38,157 nucleotides of DNA. Source: a virus. Lineage: Duplodnaviria; Caudoviricetes. The translations under genes and the position numbers were made by a program. This document shows, one piece after another, positions 10,509 through 19,933 of the stretch. The number at the start of each line of letters is the position of its first letter. The stretch's first letter is position 1. The notes under the pieces were generated by a model. It did no database searches. It was not told the origin of the DNA and worked only from the letters and a program-made list of their open reading frames with translations. The stretch is taken from IMG/VR virus record IMGVR_UViG_3300005805_000212, positions 1-38,157 of that record. One strand, given 5' to 3'.

Positions 10509-10789
10509 GCACCTTCAGGCCCCCAACCGACGACTTCGTATCTTTGGCCATCCCGCCAAAGGAGTTTGACTCACAGGAAAAGCGGCTTGCCTTCAACCTG
10601 TTCAGGTACTTTGACAATGAACCTCGGGGTCGAAACGTGTTCCTACTGAGCGACGGAACCTACACCGAAAACGAACCGAACGACATAACTACGATTACCA
10701 AGGTCTACTGGGGTGGCTCAGAAAACCAAGTAACAGAGGCAGAAGTTGCTAGTCTTACTGCTGCAGGTTACGGGGAGTACATTTCGTGA
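10505..10789 (+). CDS. Hypothetical structural protein, paralog of C-terminal domain of 9432-10508
   Basis: Shared LFRY, DGTYT, YWGG and AAGYGxYI motifs; ATGA coupling. Confidence 0.65.
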   Translation: MSTFRPPTDDFVSLAIPPKEFDSQEKRLAFNLFRYFDNEPRGRNVFLLSDGTYTENEPNDITTITKVYWGGSENQVTEAEVASLTAAGYGEYIS

Positions 10790-11019
10790 AGCACAGAGAA
10801 ACACATCCAAATCTTGATGTTGAAGGATGCTTTGCTTGCCGAGTGTCGCACTTCCGCGTATCTGGTGCGGCAACACCAACGCGCCACAATGTTTCAGAGT
10901 TGAACGGCAAAGAACGGCAACTTGACAAAGACCTTGATGCGTACAAGCGGATACGCAAAACTGGTGGTCAACCAACACAGATAGACGGCTCGGCTCGTCT
11001 GGAGGCAACAGCAAACTAA
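10786..11019 (+). CDS. Hypothetical protein (H..H..CxxC)
   Basis: GTGA-coupled 77 aa ORF. Confidence 0.6.
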   Translation: MKHRETHPNLDVEGCFACRVSHFRVSGAATPTRHNVSELNGKERQLDKDLDAYKRIRKTGGQPTQIDGSARLEATAN

Positions 11020-11207
11020 TGGCTGCAAAAAAGAAAACAAAGTCACGCGTCAATGAGGCTGGCAACTACACCAAGCCAGAGATGCGCAAGCGTTTGTTCA
11101 ACAAAATCAAGGCTGGCTCCAAGGGTGGAGACCCTGGTGAATGGTCGGCCCGCAAAGCACAGTTGCTTGCTTCCGAGTACAAGAAGGCTGGCGGAGGCTA
11201 CAAGTAA
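11019..11207 (+). CDS. Small basic protein, N-half of DUF5872-like domain
   Basis: NYTKPEMRKRL...KGGDPGEWSARKAQLLASEYKKAGGGY motif. Confidence 0.65.
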   Translation: MAAKKKTKSRVNEAGNYTKPEMRKRLFNKIKAGSKGGDPGEWSARKAQLLASEYKKAGGGYK

Positions 11208-11443
11208 TGCCGCTCGCCAAGTCTCAGAAGTCCCTTAAGGATTGGACTGCGCAGAAGTGGCGCACGTCGGACGGCAAGCCGTCCAAGGGCAAGAAGCGTT
11301 ACCTGCCCGATAAGGCTTGGAATGCTTTGAGCCCATCAGAGAAAGCCGCAACCAACAGGGCCAAGGCCAAGGGGAATAAGGCTGGCAAGCAGTTCGTTAA
11401 GCAGCCCAAGAAAGTTGCAGAGAAAACAAAGAGGTACCGATAA
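11207..11443 (+). CDS. Small basic protein, C-half of DUF5872-like domain
   Basis: TAATG-coupled start MPLAKSQKSLKDWTAQKWRT...KRYLP. Confidence 0.65.
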   Translation: MPLAKSQKSLKDWTAQKWRTSDGKPSKGKKRYLPDKAWNALSPSEKAATNRAKAKGNKAGKQFVKQPKKVAEKTKRYR

Positions 11444-11703
11444 TGGCCAAGACACCAGCGTGGCAACGCAAAGAAGGCAAGAACCCCAAGGGTGGTCTCA
11501 ACGCCAAGGGTCGTGCATCCGCACGCGCCCAGGGCATGAACCTCAAGCCACCCGTTTCCGCCAAGCAGGCGAAGAAGTCGCCAAAGGCTGCGGCTCGGCG
11601 CAAATCATTCTGTGCGCGCATGGGCGGTATGCCAGGACCAATGAAGGACTCTAAGGGTAGACCGACACGCAAGGCACTCGCTCTGCGCAAGTGGGACTGT
11701 TAG
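11443..11703 (+). CDS. Small basic protein (DUF6321-like)
   Basis: KNPKGGLNAKGR...RRKSFCARM...ALRKWDC motif. Confidence 0.65.
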   Translation: MAKTPAWQRKEGKNPKGGLNAKGRASARAQGMNLKPPVSAKQAKKSPKAAARRKSFCARMGGMPGPMKDSKGRPTRKALALRKWDC

Positions 11704-11741
11704 AGTAACATCGTAAGCCAAACAACTAGATAGGAGCAGTC

Positions 11742-11855
11742 ATGCCAAAGGTTGGAAAGAAAGAGTATCCGTACACCGCCAAGGGAATGGCCATGGCAAA
11801 AGCCGAAGCCAAGAAGACTGGCAAGAAAATGAAGTCAGGGAAAAAGAAGAAGTGA
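11742..11855 (+). CDS. 37-aa Lys-rich peptide (not in ORF track)
   Basis: RBS TAGGAG; MPKVGKKEYPYTAKGMAMAKAEAKKTGKKMKSGKKKK. Confidence 0.7.
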   Translation: MPKVGKKEYPYTAKGMAMAKAEAKKTGKKMKSGKKKK

Positions 11856-11989
11856 AGAAGTCTTCCAAGAAGCCCACGAATCAAATCAAGGGCGGTCCTA
11901 AACCCAAGAAGGGCAAGCGCACGATGAAGTCGTCTGCTAAGGCGCAGGCTGGTTCATTTCCAGGTTACGGAGGGTACGGCGTAAGGTGA
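11852..11989 (+). CDS. 45-aa Lys-rich peptide (not in ORF track)
   Basis: GTGA overlaps at both ends; MKKSSKKPTNQIKGGPKPKKGKRTMKSSAKAQAGSFPGYGGYGVR. Confidence 0.6.
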   Translation: MKKSSKKPTNQIKGGPKPKKGKRTMKSSAKAQAGSFPGYGGYGVR

Positions 11990-12870
11990 CAACTGCGGCG
12001 ACGATTCTCAATCGTGCGTCGCGGCAACTTTTGTCGGGGACCGTAGAGGAGCGGAACAAACTTGCTGCGACCATCAACAGTTCTGCGACGAGCGTTGTGC
12101 TGTCTTATGACCTTGGCGGGTTTCGTACTGGTTCTGTATTTGAAATTGAATCAGAACTCCTTTACGTTTGGGAAGCCAACACCGCCACAAAGACGCTTAC
12201 GGTGGAACGGGGATTCAACGGAACGACCGCTGCGTCTCACTCAGCCAACGTACTGGCTACGCTTAATCCGCGTTTTCCGCGAGCACAAATGCTTGACTCG
12301 CTCAACGCGGACATTGACGACCTTTCTTCTACTGCCAATGGCCTCTTTAAAGTCACGACGCTCGATGTCACCTACAACGGGTCAGACAGACAAATCAATC
12401 TAACTGGCGCAACGAACGTCATTGACCTGATTGATGTACGACTTCGCTACCAATCTGACGACTATCCAGTAATCCGAAACGTACGGCTACAGCGCGGTCT
12501 GCCAACATCAGACTTCGCTTCTGGTTTTAGCATCGTGTTTGACGAGCCAGTTATGGCAGGCTCCTTGCGCGTTCAGTACAAGACGCCGTTTACCAGAGCG
12601 TCTTCTGAGTCTTCCGACTTGACGACCAACTGTGGTTTGCCTGCTACGTGTGACGACTTGGTTGAGTTGGGCGTCATCATCAGAATGATGAGCGGCAGAG
12701 AAATCAAGCGCTCGTTCATTGAATCTCAGGGTGATACGCGGCGACCAGACGAAGTGCCACCAGGCGCATCCCGCGATTCCGTTGCAAGTCTTTTGCGTTT
12801 GCGTAGAGAGCGAATCATTGCAGAGTCTGGTCGTTTGAAGGCGCAGTACCCAATCCAGTTCAGGAAGTAG
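11986..12870 (+). CDS. Head-tail adaptor (tail tubular protein A-like)
   Basis: 294 aa; precedes the propeller protein; contains an ESEL..V...LTVERGFNGTTAASH insertion domain. Confidence 0.55.
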   Translation: MTTAATILNRASRQLLSGTVEERNKLAATINSSATSVVLSYDLGGFRTGSVFEIESELLYVWEANTATKTLTVERGFNGTTAASHSANVLATLNPRFPRAQMLDSLNADIDDLSSTANGLFKVTTLDVTYNGSDRQINLTGATNVIDLIDVRLRYQSDDYPVIRNVRLQRGLPTSDFASGFSIVFDEPVMAGSLRVQYKTPFTRASSESSDLTTNCGLPATCDDLVELGVIIRMMSGREIKRSFIESQGDTRRPDEVPPGASRDSVASLLRLRRERIIAESGRLKAQYPIQFRK

Positions 12871-12873
12871 CCA

Positions 12874-14724
12874 ATGGCTTCCTTGGCCGAGTTCACAACG
12901 GCGTTCTTCCCAGCGCCTGCGTTCTATACGGGAAGTGGCGCATCCCAGTTGGTGCCAGACATCTTCCCTGTTGCCATCAACGGTCGCCCCTACATGCTGG
13001 ACATGAAGTCGGGTGAGTTCACTCGCCAATTTGATGCACGTGTCCGCGACTCAGTCGACCAGTCAACGGAACCTGGCGAGGGTGCAATCAACCCGCAGGG
13101 TTTGTGGCGTCGCAGCCAGTCGTCTTGGCATTATGGGGCTGGGCAGGAGTATTCGGATGCGTCGGATTCTGAGGCGTTCCGTTTCAACACGTCGAAAGGT
13201 GTGAACGTTTGGGAGAAGGGTCGCTTGACGTTGCTGCCCGACACAACCCAATCACGTTCGTCTGCGAACACGAACCTGCATATGGCAACCGCCGATACCC
13301 GCGTCTATATCACGGACGGTCAAACGGTTGCATACACAACGAACCTCACTTCGTTCACGGACGTTACCTCAACGAACGCATCCAACCTCGTAGATATTAC
13401 GAGCGACGGATACAATGTGTTCTTTTCGTATGCTGACGGGAACATTGATAAAACCAATCCGTCCACTGGGGCGGCATCGAACTACATCACGGGTATCACC
13501 GCAGGGAGGATGGACTATGTGAAGGGTCGCCTGATGGTGGCTGGGGCTGACGGCGACAAACACAAGATTTGGAACATCACCACAGACCCAACCTCATCGG
13601 CAAACAACCCCAGTGCCTTGTTCACACATCCAAACAGCAACTTTGCTTGGCAGGGTTTCGCTGCTGGACAGAATTACATTTACTGTGCAGGCTACGCAGG
13701 CAACAAAACCCTGATTTACAAGACCGTCATCAAGCAAGACGGCACCGCGCTGGACATCCCGACCGTCGCAGGCGAACTGCCATTGGGTGAGATTTGCCAA
13801 ACCATAGACGGATACTTGGGATACATCGTGATTGGCTTGCAAGATGGGTTCCGTTTCTGTTCAGCAGATGATGACGGCAACCTCGTCATCGGACCAAAAA
13901 TCGTTACGGGTTCCGCAGTCGAATCGTTCGCTGGAGTTGGACAATACATCTACTTCGGTTGGAAAAACTATGACTCCACTTCCACGGGCATCGGACGCAT
14001 GGACATCTCCGTGTTTATTTCCACGAACCAGCCTGCGTACGCTTCCGACCTAATGGTGACGGGACAAGGTTCCGTTACCGACATCCACGAGTTCAACAAC
14101 CAACCCGTGTTCGCCATCTCGGGTTTGGGGTTCTACACGCAGCACTCCACCAACCTCGTCTCCTCGGGCACCCTCACCTCTGGTATCTACCGTTGGGGTG
14201 TTCCCGACGCCAAGTTTGTGCCCAAACTCGACCTTCGCTGCCTTCCCCTCGTTGGCTCCATCACCATGTCCATTGCCTCGGACGACGGCAACTTCTACGA
14301 CTTTACGGCATTCAACAAACAGGGCCAAAAGGAATCGACCATCAACGGGCTGGAAGAGCGCGTCTTTGAGGCTGAAATCAAACTGACCCTTACCCAAGCC
14401 ACGGCAACTACGGGACCAACCGTGACCCGCTGGATGGCGCGTGCCTATGCCGCCCCCCTGCGGTCCCAAATCTTCTCGGTCCCCCTCCTAATGCACCACA
14501 AGTTGAATATTCACGGCAGGGAGTATTGGCAGGATGTGGACCTTGAGATGGCGCTCCTACGCGACTTGGTGGAAACCCCCCGCGTTATCAACTATCAGGA
14601 GAACGCCGAAACGTTCTCGGTGGTCGTAGAGGACATCCGATGGCAGGCAAGGCAACTGGTGCAGGGACATCAGGACAATGACTACGAGGGCACAGCAACT
14701 GTTATCATGCGTAGTGTAAGATGA
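12874..14724 (+). CDS. Tail nozzle/tubular protein B-like beta-propeller
   Basis: 616 aa, repeated beta-strand pattern; podoviral synteny; no tape measure gene seen. Confidence 0.6.
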   Translation: MASLAEFTTAFFPAPAFYTGSGASQLVPDIFPVAINGRPYMLDMKSGEFTRQFDARVRDSVDQSTEPGEGAINPQGLWRRSQSSWHYGAGQEYSDASDSEAFRFNTSKGVNVWEKGRLTLLPDTTQSRSSANTNLHMATADTRVYITDGQTVAYTTNLTSFTDVTSTNASNLVDITSDGYNVFFSYADGNIDKTNPSTGAASNYITGITAGRMDYVKGRLMVAGADGDKHKIWNITTDPTSSANNPSALFTHPNSNFAWQGFAAGQNYIYCAGYAGNKTLIYKTVIKQDGTALDIPTVAGELPLGEICQTIDGYLGYIVIGLQDGFRFCSADDDGNLVIGPKIVTGSAVESFAGVGQYIYFGWKNYDSTSTGIGRMDISVFISTNQPAYASDLMVTGQGSVTDIHEFNNQPVFAISGLGFYTQHSTNLVSSGTLTSGIYRWGVPDAKFVPKLDLRCLPLVGSITMSIASDDGNFYDFTAFNKQGQKESTINGLEERVFEAEIKLTLTQATATTGPTVTRWMARAYAAPLRSQIFSVPLLMHHKLNIHGREYWQDVDLEMALLRDLVETPRVINYQENAETFSVVVEDIRWQARQLVQGHQDNDYEGTATVIMRSVR

Positions 14725-14731
14725 GACCCGT

Positions 14732-15211
14732 ATGCCAGCAGTAACGCGCAGACAATATAAGGGCGCAGCAGCCCAGACCACCATCACCAACTCGCTTGGT
14801 GCTGGAGACACGTCTATTGCAATTGCAGCCACCACTGGCTGGCCGTCAACCGCTTCCGTTCCGTTCTTCGTGGTTATCAGTCCAGGGACCGCTGTTGAAG
14901 AAAAGTGTCTAGCAACAATCTCTGGGTCTACCCTGACCCTGACTCGTGCGCAGGATGACACGACTGCTCAATCGCATTCGTCGGGTGCGACCATCTACCC
15001 CGTTTACTCTGCTGATGATGCGGATGAGGCGAACAAGTTGGCTTCAACGTTGACGACTCGTGGAGATTTGTTGACGATGGGTGCTGGTCCTGATTTTGCT
15101 CGTATCGCTATTGGTGCTGCGGATACGGTATTGACTTCCAACGGTACGGATGCTGCTTGGGCGGCGATTCCTCCGTCGGTTGATATTATTCAGATTCACG
15201 TGTTTAGTTAG
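14732..15211 (+). CDS. Tail-associated structural protein
   Basis: TLTRAQDDTTAQSHSSGA and TTRGDLL..RIAIG fibre-type motifs. Confidence 0.6.
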   Translation: MPAVTRRQYKGAAAQTTITNSLGAGDTSIAIAATTGWPSTASVPFFVVISPGTAVEEKCLATISGSTLTLTRAQDDTTAQSHSSGATIYPVYSADDADEANKLASTLTTRGDLLTMGAGPDFARIAIGAADTVLTSNGTDAAWAAIPPSVDIIQIHVFS

Positions 15212-15220
15212 GAGTAAGTA

Positions 15221-15583
15221 ATGGCTACGTTTACTAAGAAGAAGTTGTCGGGTTCGACTGATGGTTTGGCAATCAAGGTGACGGGCACGTCGACGTCTGC
15301 GACGGTGACGGTGCATACTGCTGTTGCTGGAACTACTGTCGGAACCTTTGATGAGATTTGGATTTATGCGAACAATACTTCTGGGTCATCGGTCAAACTC
15401 ACGATTGAGTGGGGCACGGCAACGGCGGCTGACGGCAACATTGAAGTGACGATTCTGCCCGAGGCTGGTCTTGTCACCATCATCCCAGGACTCATCTTGC
15501 AGAATGCGAAAGTAGTGAAGGCGTTCGCTGCGACTGCTGATGTGATTCTTCTGTCAGGGTTCGTCAATGCGATTGAGGCTTAG
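15221..15583 (+). CDS. Tail-associated structural protein
   Basis: 120 aa, beta-rich; RBS AGGAG. Confidence 0.6.
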   Translation: MATFTKKKLSGSTDGLAIKVTGTSTSATVTVHTAVAGTTVGTFDEIWIYANNTSGSSVKLTIEWGTATAADGNIEVTILPEAGLVTIIPGLILQNAKVVKAFAATADVILLSGFVNAIEA

Positions 15584-15586
15584 TGT

Positions 15587-16081
15587 ATGGCTCTCACAGG
15601 TTATGTTTCGGGTCTTATCATTCAGTCAGTTCCGACGAGAGGTCGTATGAAAGTAGATAGGTTCACTGCTGACGGTACTTGGACTGTTCCTGCTGGTGTC
15701 ACTTATGCGGTCGCACACATTCGTGGCGGCGGCGGTGGTGCAGGGACTGGCTCGTCGGGTACTGGCGGCACTTCGTCGGTGGCATTTGCTAGTGGCACGG
15801 TGTCGGCAACAGGTGGCGTTGGAGCCAACGGAGGCTACACGGAAGCACCAACGGCGCAGGCAGGTGCGACGAATAGCGGATTCGGCGCAACATTCAACGG
15901 TTCAGACGGAAGCAACACAACTAAGATGAAGTGCATCGGACAAGACGGTGCGTACATTGTTGCTGGTGCTGATGTCACGCCAGCCGCAAGCATCACTGTC
16001 ACCGTAGGTGCAGGCGGCACAGCAGGCACATCAGGCGCAGCAGGCGGTTCGGGCTATGTGTGGATTGAGTTCCTAGCATGA
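15587..16081 (+). CDS. Glycine-rich tail fibre/receptor-binding domain protein
   Basis: FTADGTWTVPAGV...GGGGG...VTVGAGG...GGSGYVWIE glycine-rich domain. Confidence 0.65.
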   Translation: MALTGYVSGLIIQSVPTRGRMKVDRFTADGTWTVPAGVTYAVAHIRGGGGGAGTGSSGTGGTSSVAFASGTVSATGGVGANGGYTEAPTAQAGATNSGFGATFNGSDGSNTTKMKCIGQDGAYIVAGADVTPAASITVTVGAGGTAGTSGAAGGSGYVWIEFLA

Positions 16082-16293
16082 GCGAACGAACAGTTGCTCA
16101 TTGCGAACCTGACACCACTGATGGTGTTGTGGTGAACATCAGCGTAAAGGCTGCTGATTGGGTGAACGATGACCCGACGCATCTGATTGAATACACGCCT
16201 GAGTCGCCTGCGGCGATTGGTTGGGAAGTGAAGAACGGTGTTGTGATTGTTCCACCGCCACCGCCTGAGCCTGAACTTCCTGTAGGGGAATAG
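16078..16293 (+). CDS. Small acidic fibre partner/chaperone-like protein
   Basis: VAH...GVVVNI...AIGW...PPPP; follows the Gly-rich gene. Confidence 0.55.
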   Translation: MSERTVAHCEPDTTDGVVVNISVKAADWVNDDPTHLIEYTPESPAAIGWEVKNGVVIVPPPPPEPELPVGE

Positions 16294-16295
16294 TT

Positions 16296-17171
16296 GTGCC
16301 GAATCGCCGGGAATTAGGTTATGTGTCATCGTGGAACACAGTTGCTGCTGGTAGTGAGTACGGCATTGCGACAGGTGGAAGTTCATCAACGATTACGGTT
16401 GGTGGTGAGTCGTACACGCTTCTTACTTTCACGGCATCAGGTACTTTGACGGTGACGAAGGCAGGACTGTTTGATGTGCTGGTAGTCGGTGACGGTGGCG
16501 GTGGCGGTGCTTGCTGTTCGGCTGAAACTTTATCGGCAGGTGGCGGCGGTTCTGGTGGATATACGACAGGCACGGTTTATCTTGATGCGAACGCAACGGT
16601 GACCGTTGGTGGTGGTGGTGCTGGTGCTACAACGGCTGGATTTGGTACATCAGGTACAGGGTCAAGAGTTGGCGGTTGGACTTCTGCTGGTGGCGGTGGT
16701 GGCGCAGGTCGTGGCTCAGGTGGCGATACCAGAGATAGTTCATCTGGTGGTTCTGGTGGTGGTCGTGCTGGCTATCACGCTGGCAATGTCGCTGGTATGA
16801 CAGCGCAGGGCAATAGTGGTGGTACATCAAGCAGCAATACTGCGGGCGGCGGTGGCGGCGGTTCTGGTGCGGCGGCTACCAATGCGTCAGGCACGACAGG
16901 AACGGCAGGTGGGGCTGGAACAGACGCATCATCATTTCGAGGAGAAGCAGGCGGCACTACAACTTATGCAGGCGGTGGTGGCGGTTCTGGTTCAACAGGC
17001 GGTTCGGGTGGGTCTGGCGGTGGTGGTGCTGGCGGTAGCAATGGGAATGGCACAAACGGAACTGCCAATACGGGTGGCGGTGGCGGTGCAGGCGGCAACG
17101 GGTCTACTTCAACTGCTCGTACAGGCGGTAACGGCGGCGCAGGCATCGTTCTCGTAAGGTTCAAGGTCTGA
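16296..17171 (+). CDS. Glycine-rich tail fibre/receptor-binding domain protein
   Basis: YTLLTFTASGTLTV...GGGGG...GTANTGGGGG...GGAGIVLVRF. Confidence 0.7.
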   Translation: MPNRRELGYVSSWNTVAAGSEYGIATGGSSSTITVGGESYTLLTFTASGTLTVTKAGLFDVLVVGDGGGGGACCSAETLSAGGGGSGGYTTGTVYLDANATVTVGGGGAGATTAGFGTSGTGSRVGGWTSAGGGGGAGRGSGGDTRDSSSGGSGGGRAGYHAGNVAGMTAQGNSGGTSSSNTAGGGGGGSGAAATNASGTTGTAGGAGTDASSFRGEAGGTTTYAGGGGGSGSTGGSGGSGGGGAGGSNGNGTNGTANTGGGGGAGGNGSTSTARTGGNGGAGIVLVRFKV

Positions 17172-17172
17172 G

Positions 17173-17424
17173 ATGCCGTACCATCACGCAAGAGCCGCAC
17201 ACATAAACGACAGCAACATTGTCACAGCAGTCATTGTCATTCCGTACTGCGGCGACGACGACACAGAGATTACGGCGTACTGCAACAGCATTGGTCTTGT
17301 CGGCACTTGGATAGACACTTCGTATCTCGGTGCTAGGCGTGGCAAATACGCTGGTATCGGTGACATCTATGATGCGGTGAACGACATCTTCACAGCACCC
17401 ACCACCGAGGATGCGCCCGAATAA
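17173..17424 (+). CDS. Small acidic fibre partner/chaperone-like protein
   Basis: AAHI..NIVTAVIV...WIDTSY..RGKYAGIGDIYD...F..P motif. Confidence 0.6.
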   Translation: MPYHHARAAHINDSNIVTAVIVIPYCGDDDTEITAYCNSIGLVGTWIDTSYLGARRGKYAGIGDIYDAVNDIFTAPTTEDAPE

Positions 17425-18673
17425 CAGCCTTCGATGGCTGATAATCACACCCGCGATATTCTTCGCGTTCACCACACCAGCCAACGCTGAACCCCAACCA
17501 GGACTCAACACGTCCTACTACACCATCAACGAAATACCCCCAACCCAATCCGACAACACCTACCCACTCTGCGGCTCAGAGGTAGAAAACAACATCAACC
17601 GCAACTACGACGGCGAACCATACGAACAATGCACCTACGACCTGTTCATGGTCCACATGACGGGCTACATCACCATCCCAGAACACACCACCATCGAGTT
17701 CATGTTGGCATCAGACGACGGCGGAGAAATCACCATCGGTGGTAACACATTCGGAGTCTGGTACGACCAGGGTTGCACATGGACCGAATCAGGGACACTC
17801 CAACTAGACGCAGGTAGCCAACCACTTGACCTGTGGATGTATGAGAACGGTGGCGGAACATGCGTAATGCTCGCATGGAACATCGACGCACAAGGCTGGG
17901 AGATTGTTCCCGATGAGGCGTTCACCCGCAACGAGATGCCAGCCGTCACTACGACGACGGTAGAAGAAACCACCACCACCATCGAGCCAACCACGACAAC
18001 CGAACCAGCCACAACCACTACCGAGCAAACCACCACAACGACAACAACAACCGTCTACGTGCCGCCAGCAACCACCACATCAACGACGACCACAGAGCCG
18101 CCAACAACTACAACAACTACGACAACCGTTCCTGAGACGACGACAACGCTTCCCCCGACAACAACGCTTCCTCCTTCAACAACCGTTGAGCCTTCAACGA
18201 CGACGACTCACAGCAGCACGACGACGGTTCGCACAACGGTTCCTCCGACAACATCCGTCCCAGAAATGACAACCACAACAGTGCCAACAACAACACCAAT
18301 CCCACCGACAACCACAATCCCAGAAACAACACCATCACCACAGGTTACCCTCAACAGCGACACCGATAGTTCCCAAATAGCACAACTTTTGGTATCGCTA
18401 GAACCCGACCAGGCAACCGAAGTGTTCGCCGCCCTAGAGATTGAGGAGTTGGATGAGGAGCAGGTCGCCGCCCTAGTAGCCGCCGTCCAGAACGCACCCA
18501 CCGAAATCAGGGAAGCGTTCGAAGAAGAGGTCGACATCTACAAATCAGGGCTGGATACCTACATTCCTGTGGACTCCAAGATTCCAGTATCCCAACGCCG
18601 CACCCTCATCGCTGTTACTGCAGGCACTGTTATGACCGCGGCGGCGGGCGCATCAACTAGGATGCGACGATAA
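17411..18673 (+). CDS. Secreted/membrane-anchored PA14-domain protein with Thr-rich stalk
   Basis: Signal peptide (ANA cleavage); PA14 motifs GLNTSYY, TGYITIP, ASDDG, YENGG; ~130 aa Thr/Pro linker; hydrophobic C-terminus. Confidence 0.75.
   Translation: MRPNNSLRWLIITPAIFFAFTTPANAEPQPGLNTSYYTINEIPPTQSDNTYPLCGSEVENNINRNYDGEPYEQCTYDLFMVHMTGYITIPEHTTIEFMLASDDGGEITIGGNTFGVWYDQGCTWTESGTLQLDAGSQPLDLWMYENGGGTCVMLAWNIDAQGWEIVPDEAFTRNEMPAVTTTTVEETTTTIEPTTTTEPATTTTEQTTTTTTTTVYVPPATTTSTTTTEPPTTTTTTTTVPETTTTLPPTTTLPPSTTVEPSTTTTHSSTTTVRTTVPPTTSVPEMTTTTVPTTTPIPPTTTIPETTPSPQVTLNSDTDSSQIAQLLVSLEPDQATEVFAALEIEELDEEQVAALVAAVQNAPTEIREAFEEEVDIYKSGLDTYIPVDSKIPVSQRRTLIAVTAGTVMTAAAGASTRMRR
17945..18340 (+). repeat. 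Low-complexity Thr-rich coding repeat
   Basis: ACN codon runs encoding (P/E)TTTT units. Confidence 0.8.
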
Positions 18674-18843
18674 TGAAGAAGTTCCTGTCTTACGTCACTG
18701 AAAATTCTTGGACCCTGGCGGGTACTGGGCTTGTGTTGATTACCCTTTCGGGTCCTACGTTGAAGCAAGCCCTGTGGATTACGGGCGTAGCACTGGTGCT
18801 ACACTCGTTGCTAACTTTCACACAAGGGGAAGACAGTGAGTAG
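18673..18843 (+). CDS. 56-aa two-TM protein, holin/antiholin-like (not in ORF track)
   Basis: TAATG-coupled; MKKFLSYVTENSWTLAGTGLVLITLSGPTLKQALWITGVALVLHSLLTF... Confidence 0.6.
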   Translation: MKKFLSYVTENSWTLAGTGLVLITLSGPTLKQALWITGVALVLHSLLTFTQGEDSE

Positions 18844-19090
18844 ATTCATGGAAATCGCAAACAAGACCATCGCCAAGTTCCTTGACTTAGGACAGCGTCT
18901 CTTCTCCTTGTTCCTTGCCAATGCCCTGCCAGCCGTCACGGGTGGTGCAGTCATCGGTGTATCGGTAGCCAAGTCTGCCCTGCTCGCAGGCTTCATGGCT
19001 GTCGTTCAAGTTATTCAGAAACTTGCAGCCGCCTCCACTGACGGCGAGTTGACAAGCGAGGAGATTGCTGAAGCGTTCGGGAAGAAGTAA
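18836..19090 (+). CDS. Holin-like membrane protein
   Basis: Hydrophobic segments, charged tail, directly before endolysin; alternative ATG at 18848. Confidence 0.6.
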   Translation: MSRFMEIANKTIAKFLDLGQRLFSLFLANALPAVTGGAVIGVSVAKSALLAGFMAVVQVIQKLAAASTDGELTSEEIAEAFGKK

Positions 19091-19644
19091 TGGCAACCGT
19101 CCTCCCGATTGTCAAGGTAACTCTGTGTTCTCACCTGAAAGGGGTAAAACCTGGTGAACTCGGTCCAGAACTTCTTCGCGGCATTGAAGGCAAAGGCAAA
19201 CTCCACCATTGTGCGGCTGACGCATACGAAGCAATGGACGCAGCCGCCAACGCCGAAGGCATCGACCTCTCCCCAACCAGCCAAGCGGACACCTACCGCA
19301 GCCTCGAAACCCAAGAGTACGGGTTCTACCAAAGACACACGGACAACCCGAACAAAAAACTCCTCAAACAAAAGCCGCGCATCTACAAAGGCAAAGCGTG
19401 GTACCTGAAGAAAGGTATGGCACCGATGGCGGTGCCAGGGACCTCCAACCATAACCTCGGTATTGCCATCGACATTGCTAATGCGAGTGGTGCCCGCTTA
19501 GCGTGGCTACTCAAACACGCTCAGCGTTTCGGTTTCTCATGGGAACTCCAATCGGAGCCTTGGCATCTGCGTTATGTGGCTGGTGATGCCACCCCCGAAG
19601 CCGTAAAGTCATGGCTTGCCACACGTCCAGCACCCGAGGCGTGA
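19090..19644 (+). CDS. Endolysin, M15 (VanY-like) zinc peptidase
   Basis: YRS, PGTSNHNLGIAID (SxHxxGxAxD) and EPWH motifs. Confidence 0.85.
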   Translation: MATVLPIVKVTLCSHLKGVKPGELGPELLRGIEGKGKLHHCAADAYEAMDAAANAEGIDLSPTSQADTYRSLETQEYGFYQRHTDNPNKKLLKQKPRIYKGKAWYLKKGMAPMAVPGTSNHNLGIAIDIANASGARLAWLLKHAQRFGFSWELQSEPWHLRYVAGDATPEAVKSWLATRPAPEA

Positions 19645-19645
19645 C

Positions 19646-19933
19646 GTGGATGCCAATGCCGCACTCATCATCGCTGCGGCAGTAACAGCAGTCGGCGGCA
19701 TTATCGTCGCCATCATCCAACAGTTCCGCAAAGAGAACCACACCGACCATCAGGTAGTCGTCGGTCTCCTCCACGTCCTACGCAAGTCCCAAATACGGGT
19801 AGAGGACAAGGTGGACAAGGTTGACGAACGGCTGGACAAGCACCTAGAGTTCCACCTCGACGGAGGAATACTTGACAATAGGCGAACAGTTGACCAAACT
19901 AGAGTTGAAGGCAATAGCGACCTATCTGCGTAA
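19646..19933 (+). CDS. Membrane protein with coiled coil (lysis accessory)
   Basis: N-terminal TM, then KVDKVDERLDKH; follows endolysin. Confidence 0.6.
   Translation: MDANAALIIAAAVTAVGGIIVAIIQQFRKENHTDHQVVVGLLHVLRKSQIRVEDKVDKVDERLDKHLEFHLDGGILDNRRTVDQTRVEGNSDLSA

Noticed and set aside
15587-17171. Diversity-generating retroelement acting on fibre genes
   Set aside because: No reverse transcriptase and no TR/VR repeat pair differing at adenines.
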